Shown piece after piece: positions 56,785 to 64,000 of a stretch of 64,000 nt of DNA. Under the pieces are notes generated by a model, which saw nothing but the letters and a program-made list of their open reading frames with translations, was not told the DNA's origin and did no database searches. The DNA lies in contig OY969804.1 in NCBI GenBank assembly GCA_963703275.1, forward strand, positions 3,692,392 to 3,756,391, read 5' to 3'. The translations under genes were made by a program, and so were the position numbers. Positions within the stretch are counted from its first letter, which is position 1. Every line of letters begins with the position of its first letter. This stretch comes from an uncultured Actinomycetes bacterium. GTDB taxonomy: Bacteria > Actinomycetota > Thermoleophilia > Gaiellales > JAICJC01.

Positions 56785-58745
56785 GCCCGCGCCCGTTCCG
56801 GCTGGATGATCATGACCCGCTGCTTGGCCTCGGCCACGATGCGGCGCACGACGTGGTCGTAGGCAACCCGGCGGAAGGTAGTCCGATCGAGGCCGGTCGC
56901 CCGCAGCAGGATCACCTGGGAGTCGCGGCGGGTGGCCTCGGCCAGGATCGAGTCGGCGGGATCGCGGGTGCGCAGATGCGTCGTGTGGACGCGGATCCCG
57001 TACTGCTCGCCGATGGTGCGCGCCCGGTTGGCGAGGCGCTCGACATCGGCGTCGAGCCCGTCGATCTCGATGTCCATCTCCTCCGAGAGCGGGATCTGCG
57101 TGAACGCGAGTAGGACGAGGGAGGCGCGCCGCTCTGCCGCCAGGCGGGCTGCGACCTCGACCACGTCGGCCGGGATGTCGGGCTGGTCGGTGTTGACCGG
57201 GATCAGGATCGTCTGGAACTCGACCGCGATTCCGGGCCCGGACTGCTGGCTGAAGTCGCGCCGTGTGCGCTCGGTCAGGCTCAGGCCCCGGTGCCGGCGA
57301 TACGCCGCGTAGCCGGCGAAGCCGATCAGGATCCACGCCGATCCCAGGTAGCGGGGGCCGCCCTCGAGCACGACGACCGCGACCCACGCCGCGGCGGTCG
57401 CGGCGCCTCCGAGGATCGCGAGCACGGGCACCCTGCGCCCGTCCACCGGAATGTTCACCGGCACCTCGAATGGGCGGTAGCGGAGCGGATCGCGCCAGCG
57501 CATCGCGATGATCGAGACCTGAACGCTCGTGAACGCGAGCAGGGCCCCGTACGCGTAGGTGCCGGCCAGGAAGCTCAGTCCACCGGCATAGGCCTGTCCG
57601 ATCACGAGCGCCGAGGCCGCGACGGCGGAGCACGCCACCGCGACGTAGGCGGTGTCGTAGGCCGGATGCAGGTCGGCGACGGGGGCCGGGAGCTGATGAT
57701 GCTCGGTGAGCCAGTAGCTCAGTCGCGACAGACCGGTCATCGCGGAGTGGGCCGTCACGAGCAGCATGATCGCCACGAGCAGCCCGACGAAGTATTCGAG
57801 CCCGGTCGAGAAGACGTGCAGCGGGAACCGGGCGACGATCCCGAGCACCGGATAGGCCACATAGCCGTGCGGCGGGCCCTGGGCCAGGCGGGTCGTGTAC
57901 GCGCCGGAGGCACTCCTCGTGACCGGCATCGCCATCATCGCGACCAGCGAGAGGGCGACGTAGAGCGCCACCACCGATCCGGTGACCCCCCGCGCCGCGC
58001 GCGGCAGGTCGCGATCGGGATCGCGCGCCTCGCCGGCCATCTCTCCGATCGCCTCGACGCCGGTGTAGGCGACCATCGCCACCGCGCAGGCCAGGATCAG
58101 CTGCTCGAGCGACGGCGCCGTTCCGAAGTGCACGTTCTGCCGGAGCTGCTGGGGATCGAAGATGAAGACCGCTCCGACGATCACCAGCACGACCTGGGTG
58201 ATCAGGTTGACGATCCCGAGGAACACGGCCACGCCGGCCGACGGCACCAGCCCGCGCACGTTGACCGCCGCCACGACGCCGATCACGACGAGGCCGCCGA
58301 CCACGTCCCAGGGCCGGGTCGCAAGCGGCGTCCAGAATACGCTCAGGTACTGCGGGACGAACAGGGCGGCCAGTGCCGTGATCGCGACGAGCGCGAGGCA
58401 CATCGCCCACCCGGTGACAAAGCTCACCGCCTCGTTGAAGCCGTTGCGCGCGAACGCCGCAGAACCGCCCGCCTCGGGGAACATCGAGACCCCCTCGGCA
58501 TAGCATGCCGCGACGGCCGCGAAGACCAGCCCGGCGACGAGAAGAGCGACAGGCGTGAGCCCCAGACCGTGGATCGCAACCAACCCCAGCGCCAGATAGA
58601 TCGACGAGCCCATCCGCGGATGGGCCGCCGCGTACAGGCCGCTGCCGCCGAGGCTCGCGCGCCGGGTGCCAGCGTGCCTGCGGACGACCGGCGAGCGGCG
58701 GGCCTGCGACGGGCCGTTTGATGGCGAGAGAACACCCATACTCAC
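56781..58745 (-). CDS. APC-family amino-acid/cation permease with C-terminal universal-stress-protein domain
   Basis: About 12 TM segments, followed by ILIPVNTD...SQVILLRATG...RIVAEAKQRVMII. Confidence 0.85.
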   Translation of the reverse strand: MSMGVLSPSNGPSQARRSPVVRRHAGTRRASLGGSGLYAAAHPRMGSSIYLALGLVAIHGLGLTPVALLVAGLVFAAVAACYAEGVSMFPEAGGSAAFARNGFNEAVSFVTGWAMCLALVAITALAALFVPQYLSVFWTPLATRPWDVVGGLVVIGVVAAVNVRGLVPSAGVAVFLGIVNLITQVVLVIVGAVFIFDPQQLRQNVHFGTAPSLEQLILACAVAMVAYTGVEAIGEMAGEARDPDRDLPRAARGVTGSVVALYVALSLVAMMAMPVTRSASGAYTTRLAQGPPHGYVAYPVLGIVARFPLHVFSTGLEYFVGLLVAIMLLVTAHSAMTGLSRLSYWLTEHHQLPAPVADLHPAYDTAYVAVACSAVAASALVIGQAYAGGLSFLAGTYAYGALLAFTSVQVSIIAMRWRDPLRYRPFEVPVNIPVDGRRVPVLAILGGAATAAAWVAVVVLEGGPRYLGSAWILIGFAGYAAYRRHRGLSLTERTRRDFSQQSGPGIAVEFQTILIPVNTDQPDIPADVVEVAARLAAERRASLVLLAFTQIPLSEEMDIEIDGLDADVERLANRARTIGEQYGIRVHTTHLRTRDPADSILAEATRRDSQVILLRATGLDRTTFRRVAYDHVVRRIVAEAKQRVMIIQPERARA

Positions 58746-58814
58746 ACGGTGCCACGCCGGCCGTCACGCGCGTGTCACGATCACGCCCGGACTCGTCCCA
58801 ATCACATCACATGG

Positions 58815-58836
58815 CCATCACGGTCCCATCACGGTC
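58815..58836. repeat. tandem direct repeat 2 x CCATCACGGTC
   Basis: Read directly. Located in the divergent region between the APC-Usp permease and trkA, amid further ATCAC/GTCACG repeats. Confidence 0.6.
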
Positions 58837-58848
58837 CAGGCGGCTCGC

Positions 58849-59511
58849 GTGTACATCCTGATCGCAGGCGGCGGCAAGGTCGGGTCGAATCTGGCCGCAA
58901 CCCTGCTGAAGCTCGGGCACGAGGTCACGCTGGTCGACAACAACCGCGGCCGGTATCCGGCGCTCGAGCAGCGGTTCGGCAGCCTCGTGCATCTTGGCGA
59001 CGTCACCGAGGTCGCGGTGCTCGAGCGGGCGGGCGTCGAGCGCGCGGATCTGGTGATCGCGGTGACGGGCGACGACGAGGACAACCTCGTCGCGTGTCAG
59101 CTCGCGCGCGACAAGTACGGGGCCCCCAAGGTCATCGCCCGCGTCAATGACCCCCGCAACCAGTCCCACTTCGAGATGCTCGACGTCCACCTGACCGTCT
59201 CCACGACGAAGACGATCCTCACGCTGATCGAGCACGAGCTCCCCCAGCACGAGCTGCTCACGCTCGTCGACCTGCGCCGCGAGGGCCTCGAGGTCGTCGA
59301 GCTGGTGATCGCCGCCGGCTCACCCGCGGACGGCCGTGCTGTGCGCGAGCTCAACCTGCCGGATGAAGCCCGGCTGATCTCGATCAGCCGGGACGGCATC
59401 CCCGAGATCGCCGTCGGCGAGTCGGAGCTCCGCCCCGGCGACAGCGTCCTCGCGATCCTGGCGCCGAGCGCCAAGGAGCAGCTGCGGAGGGCGCTGCTCG
59501 CCGGGGCGTAG
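58849..59511 (+). CDS. trkA: TrkA-family K+ transport regulatory protein (TrkA-N + TrkA-C)
   Basis: GTG start. ILIAGGGKVGSNLA Rossmann fold. C-terminal TrkA-C pattern. Confidence 0.85.
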   Translation: MYILIAGGGKVGSNLAATLLKLGHEVTLVDNNRGRYPALEQRFGSLVHLGDVTEVAVLERAGVERADLVIAVTGDDEDNLVACQLARDKYGAPKVIARVNDPRNQSHFEMLDVHLTVSTTKTILTLIEHELPQHELLTLVDLRREGLEVVELVIAAGSPADGRAVRELNLPDEARLISISRDGIPEIAVGESELRPGDSVLAILAPSAKEQLRRALLAGA

Positions 59512-59526
59512 AGGCCGCCCGGTGCG

Positions 59527-61214
59527 CTACTTCACCCAGGCCTGATCGATGAGGAAGTTGCCGTCGACCGAGTCGGCGAACTCGACGTGCCCGACGCGCT
59601 TGGAAGTGAACGTCACCTTCTTGGGGACGAACAGCGAGATCTGCGGGGCCTGATTCGTGGTGGCACGGTCGATCGCCGTCCAGAGCTTGTTGGCAGCGGC
59701 GCGATCCGTCTCCTCGACGGTGAGCGCGTGGGCGGTCATTGCCTGAATCGCCGGGTCGCAGAACTCCGAGAGGTTCGGGCTCGTGTCGCTCTTGGGATGG
59801 AACCCGGCGCACCCGACCTCAAGGGTGAAGAAGTCGGCGGGGTCGGGATAGTCGGGATACCAGTAGCTCAGACTGATCTGGGGCTTGAACGTCGAGTTCT
59901 GCTGGATGGAGTACTCGACCGAGGCCGCGAGCGGCTTCAGACGCGCCTTGTATCCGAGGCTGTCGAGCAACTGCACGAAGTAGACGCCGATGTTCTTGCT
60001 GGTCGAGTCGGTGGCCGTGATGACGGCGACGGAGTCGCCCTTCGTGCCAGACTCGTTCATGAGCTGCTGGGCCTTCGTTCGGTCGGGCGCCGACCACGTG
60101 GTGCCCGGATTCTTCGTGTAGGGGCAGTACGGCTCGTAGGCGGGGAAGTTCGGCGGCAGGATCTGACACGACGGCTCGGCGACGCCGGGGCCGCCCCAGA
60201 GTTTGATGATTGCTCCGCGGTCGGTTGCGTAGTTGACGGCCAGCCGGGCCTTCAGATTGTTGAACGGAGGCGTGCGCGTGTCGAGCGCCATGTAGTACAG
60301 CTGCGGCACCGGGTTCACGTGCACCTGCTTGGGGTACTTGGTGGCGATCTCGTTCAGGCGATCGCTCGCCGGCTGGTCGTACATCCAGTCGGCCTCGCCC
60401 TGCTCGACCTCGGTCGTCTCCTCCTCGATCGGCAGTCCGATCTTCATGACGATCTCGTTCGGGTACCCAGCGGGCTGGGCGAGCGCCGACCACTGGTGGA
60501 ACTTGGGGTTGCGGACAAGGGTCATCTGCTGGTTCGGGTCGTAGCTCTTGATCATGTACGGACCCGAGGCGGGCACCGGTTGGGACACGGACTCCTTGAT
60601 GGGTGTGCCGGCGGGCAGGACATCCGTAAGCGGCAGGGCCAGCTGCTCGGGCAGGAGCGGGTCGGGGGAGGTGAGGTGGATCGTCACCGTCCCGGCGCCG
60701 TTGTCGGCCGCGACGCCCTGGGCCAGATTGCACGTCTTTGGTGACGTGGCGCAGGCGGACGCGCCAACGATCTGCGAAAGGAAGCTCGTTCCGGGCCCGT
60801 GGATCTCGAATTCCCGCTCGATCGAGGCCGTGACGTCCGTGGGTGTGAGGAGGCCCCGTTGGAGTAGTGGATGCCGGGTCGGATATGGAACAGCCAGGTC
60901 TTCCCGCCGTTCGTGGGGACCGGGATGGCGGTCGCCAGGTCGGGGACGAGCTGCGATCCGGCTGTCCCGTTGACGCGTTTCCAGGCCGTCAGGCCGTCGT
61001 TCGTCATGACGAGGATCTGCCAGTTCTGGTCGTAGTCGACCTGCGGATCGATCGACGTCCCGACTCCGCTCCACACCATGGTGAACGTGCCGCCGCGATG
61101 CGAGGCGCTGCCGGATGGGGACGACGACGAAGATGCGCCGCTGCCTCCGCACCCGGCCGCTGCGGTGACCACGACTGCCATGACCAGCGCGGTGAGGGTG
61201 GCGGAGTGCTTCAT
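59527..61214 (-). pseudogene. family-5 (peptide/nickel) ABC substrate-binding lipoprotein, frameshifted in a G-run
   Basis: Lipobox VTAAAGC. N-terminal part ...FHIRPGIHYSNG lies in one frame and LLTPTDVTASIERE...to the stop in another. The junction is at AACGGGGCC (~60861..60869). Confidence 0.8.
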
Positions 61215-63082
61215 GGGTGGCTCCTTCCAGAGACCGGATGACGTACATGGGGCGCCGAGAGTGCATGTGCCAGCAGGTCGACCCGGCGCTGGGCCTCCTG
61301 CTCCTGGCGGGCCTGGGAATCGCGCAGGGATCGCTCGACCCATGATCCAAACGGCCGCGCGCCGGGCTCGCCCCGGAGCGATCTGATCGCCGCGGTGAGA
61401 TCGGGGCTGCGGGTGAGGTGGCTGGCGGCGGCCCACGAGTCGCGCCGCGGCCGGCGGGCGCGGGCGATCCGGCGCGCCGCGGGCGAGAGGTGGTCGACGA
61501 CGTGGTTGTCGCCAACCTTCATCGCCGCACGGGCTGCTCCGCTGCGATCACCGGCCTGGAGGCACCCCACGGCGGTCTCGAGATTGCGGGCGTCCGCTGC
61601 GGCCTGCGCGTGCAGGTAGCCCGTCTCGCCGGCGGCGTCCACCCCAAGGCCGAGACGGGTCAGGCGGGTAAAGGCCGCCCGCGAACCGGCCAGTTCATAC
61701 GCGGTGGCGGCGCGGACCAGAGGGGCGCGGTCGACGAGCGCGTTGGCCGCGCGCACGACGTGGCGGGCGCGGGCGGGGTGGTCGAGCAGGCGATCCGCGG
61801 TGGCGTCCGCGGCAACCAGCACCTGCGTATAGAGCTTGGTCAGGTCGGCCAGGTGGTCTGCGTCGACCATCGCCGGGACGTCGTTGGTGGTGTGATAGTC
61901 GCTGCGCGCGAAGCGGGTATGCCAGTTGTAGACGCTCAGGCTGGGCACCCCCCGAAGCTGGAACTGCCACGCCTCGGTACCGGTGACCGGCGGTCCGTAG
62001 ATCCAACCCTGCGGGAACCGCCCAGCGCGGGCGGCGGGACGGAAGATCCGATTTGCAAACCGGCGCAGCTCCGGCGGACCCTCGACGCGAAGGGGGAGGC
62101 CGAGGTGTCCCGACGCCTCAACATTGAGGTAGAACGGCACCTCGCCGCCCCACCGCGGGTGGGTCACCGAGACCTGGTGCCACGCGCCCGCGCACCAGGG
62201 ACGGTCGTCGTCGAGATGCCCGTACTCCTCGGCGGTGTGCGACGTGAAGACAACGGGGCCGTTACCGCGCCAACCCGTCTCGACGAGCGCCCGCGCGATG
62301 CCGAGCATCGCCGCGACGCCGCTGGCGTTGTCGAACGCTCCCCGGAACCAGCCGTCGTGGTGCGCCCCCACGACCATCGGCGCACCCCGTCGGCGCCCGG
62401 GGAGAACGCCGATCACGTTGCGCCCCGAGGCGCCTCGCTCGATGTGCGCCTTCAGGGTCACCCGCGCCGTCAGGTGACCAGAGCGGCATCGCTCAGAGAG
62501 CTCCCGGGCCGCCTCGCGTCGCACGGTGACGAGCGGCGGCGCCTGATCGTGCCATCCCCCAAGGCCGCCTCCAAGGGCGCCGTCACCCTGGAATCTCGGG
62601 CCGCCGTCGAGGCAGCCGAGGATGATCGCCGAGGCGCCGCGCAGGCCCAGTTCGAGGCCGATGCTGCCGATTCGCACCGAGGAGCTGCGCCAGTCGAGCA
62701 GCGCGATCTTGCCTCGAACGTCGAGGCGATCGAGCCTTCTCAGGCGGCCGTCACCGACAAACACGACCTCGCCATCCACCCCGGACTCGCCCGTCGGCGG
62801 GACGCCTCCCAGCGATGCCGCCTCGATCTCACGGCCGTCAGCGAGCGTCACGCTCGCGCCGAGAAAGCGCCAGGCGTCGACCGGCACGAGCTCGATCCCC
62901 ACGTCGCAGAGGCCGATGGCCTCCATCTCGCTTGCAACGAGGTCTGCGACCCGCTCGTCCTCGGGGGTCCCGGTGACCCGGAAACCGAGTGGGTGTGAGC
63001 CAACCGCCGCGATCGACTGGATCACCCGCGCGAGCGTCGCCGGGTCGACGAAAAGGCTATTGACAGACGGGGTTGGTGTCAC
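61211..63082 (-). CDS. M28-family peptidase (PA domain + aminopeptidase domain) with long C-terminal extension
   Basis: NVIGVLPG...VVGAHHDGW..GAFDNASGVA...TAEEYG. ATGA-coupled to the SBP gene. Confidence 0.78.
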   Translation of the reverse strand: MTPTPSVNSLFVDPATLARVIQSIAAVGSHPLGFRVTGTPEDERVADLVASEMEAIGLCDVGIELVPVDAWRFLGASVTLADGREIEAASLGGVPPTGESGVDGEVVFVGDGRLRRLDRLDVRGKIALLDWRSSSVRIGSIGLELGLRGASAIILGCLDGGPRFQGDGALGGGLGGWHDQAPPLVTVRREAARELSERCRSGHLTARVTLKAHIERGASGRNVIGVLPGRRRGAPMVVGAHHDGWFRGAFDNASGVAAMLGIARALVETGWRGNGPVVFTSHTAEEYGHLDDDRPWCAGAWHQVSVTHPRWGGEVPFYLNVEASGHLGLPLRVEGPPELRRFANRIFRPAARAGRFPQGWIYGPPVTGTEAWQFQLRGVPSLSVYNWHTRFARSDYHTTNDVPAMVDADHLADLTKLYTQVLVAADATADRLLDHPARARHVVRAANALVDRAPLVRAATAYELAGSRAAFTRLTRLGLGVDAAGETGYLHAQAAADARNLETAVGCLQAGDRSGAARAAMKVGDNHVVDHLSPAARRIARARRPRRDSWAAASHLTRSPDLTAAIRSLRGEPGARPFGSWVERSLRDSQARQEQEAQRRVDLLAHALSAPHVRHPVSGRSHP

Positions 63083-63123
63083 GGTAGGATGGTTGGGCCG
63101 ACTCTACCAACCGGTCGTCTTCT

Positions 63124-64000
63124 ATGTCAACGAACGTGAGCTCTCTGAACTCCCCCGATGATTTCGCAGGCGCTCGCCCGCTCGCACGACAGACGCTGGC
63201 GCGGCAGGTGGCGGATCAGCTCGTCGACCTGATCACCGCGGGCGACAGTGGAGGCGAGGTCACCCTGCCTCCGGAGCGGCGCCTGTGCGAGCAACTCGGG
63301 GTGGGTCGCAACAGTTTGCGAGAGGCCCTTTCGGCCCTTGACCGGCTCGGGATCATCGAGGCGCGGGGGCGAACACGGGTCGGCCTCCCGGACCGTGCCC
63401 GCGCCCACCGGATCGCAAGCGTTCCCTCCGTCGACCCCGATAGGGCGCGAACGAGGAGCGCTCCCGCAATTCCGCCGGCGCCGACCGTCGTGGGACTCTC
63501 ACGGACCGAAAAGCGGGTGGTGCGTGCAATCGCCGATGGCTCCGACGAGCTCGTCGAGCTCACCCGCACCCTCGTCGGCTACGACACGTGCACGCGAGAC
63601 GCCGGGGCGGAGTCGGGGCAGGACGCGGAACTTCAGGCGTACCTCGCGGACCGCCTGGTGCGGGCGGGGGCGGCCGTCGACGTTTTCGAGCCCGAGGCAA
63701 GCCTTGTCGCCGGCCACCCGATGATCCCGCGCGGATTCACGTTTCATGGCCGGCCGCATCTCGTCGCCCGGTTCCGCGGCAGCGGCGTGGGGCGCACGCT
63801 CCTCTTCAACGGTCACATCGACACGGTCGGAGTCGAGCCTCGCGACCGCTGGCAGCACGACCCGCTCGCCGCCGTGGTCATTGACGGAGCGATCCACGGT
63901 CGTGGCTCCTCGGACATGAAGGGCGGGGTGGCCTGCATGGTGTATGCGGCCGAGATGCTGTCCCGTGCCGGAGTCAAGCTGCCGGGCGACCTCATCGTGA
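63124..64000 (+). CDS. GntR-type wHTH fused in frame to an M20 (ArgE/DapE/CPG2-like) peptidase; 3'-partial
   Basis: Absent from the ORF track because it has no stop in the window. I translated frame 1 by hand. It gives LPPERRLCEQLGVGRNSLREALSALDRLGIIEARG, then LLFNGHIDTVGV...GRGSSDMKGG, with no stop codon between them. Confidence 0.7.
   Translation, partial: MSTNVSSLNSPDDFAGARPLARQTLARQVADQLVDLITAGDSGGEVTLPPERRLCEQLGVGRNSLREALSALDRLGIIEARGRTRVGLPDRARAHRIASVPSVDPDRARTRSAPAIPPAPTVVGLSRTEKRVVRAIADGSDELVELTRTLVGYDTCTRDAGAESGQDAELQAYLADRLVRAGAAVDVFEPEASLVAGHPMIPRGFTFHGRPHLVARFRGSGVGRTLLFNGHIDTVGVEPRDRWQHDPLAAVVIDGAIHGRGSSDMKGGVACMVYAAEMLSRAGVKLPGDLIV

Noticed and set aside
54352-58767. 1471-aa ORF as one giant protein
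   Set aside because: Only the last 657 aa (Kup) and a short Usp-like stretch are protein-like. The remainder is an Arg/Pro/Gly-rich out-of-frame reading of the APC-Usp permease gene, which is encoded in a different frame of the same strand.
58746-58848. c-di-AMP (ydaO/kimA-type) riboswitch in front of the K+ transporter genes
   Set aside because: The intergenic region is ~100 nt, shorter than that riboswitch class. It shows direct repeats rather than the pseudo-symmetric helices.

Overview
Very GC-rich, densely coding chromosomal segment of actinobacterial type. Supporting signs are ATGA/GTGA-coupled operons, apparent leaderless starts, a DUF4232 protein and an RAE-like repeat. I support about 60 protein-coding genes. 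I saw no rRNA, CRISPR array, transposase or integrase.

Main blocks, left to right:
- MarR-drrAB-type efflux operon, then an ECF sigma factor with a membrane partner.
- A rifampin-phosphotransferase-type gene preceded by an RAE-like inverted repeat. It abuts a decayed MacB/FtsX ABC operon.
- NarL/HisKA_3 two-component system with a 3-gene ABC-2 transporter. One permease carries a large extracytoplasmic insertion.
- A cyclase-NTPase-TPR giant protein, plus two composite c-di-GMP enzymes.
- GcvT-like and TMADH-like genes followed by a DyP peroxidase. The DyP ends in an encapsulin-type targeting peptide, but no shell gene is nearby.
- cbbR (overlapping an orphan LanC-like gene) divergent from a red-type cbbL-cbbS-cbbX-prk operon.
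- Two PadR + membrane-protein modules.
- A tightly coupled LolA-like + 2x(ATPase + ABC-2 permease) operon.
- A secreted CBM-FN3-phosphoesterase.
- A monooxygenase-amidohydrolase-LLM operon.
- A K+ locus (kup, APC-Usp permease, trkA).
- A peptide-utilisation locus ending in an in-frame GntR-HTH/M20-peptidase ORF that runs off the window.

Several genes carry single-nucleotide frameshifts. Many very long ORFs in the track are GC-driven shadow or composite ORFs.

All calls rest on reading the translations and DNA by eye. No database search was run.
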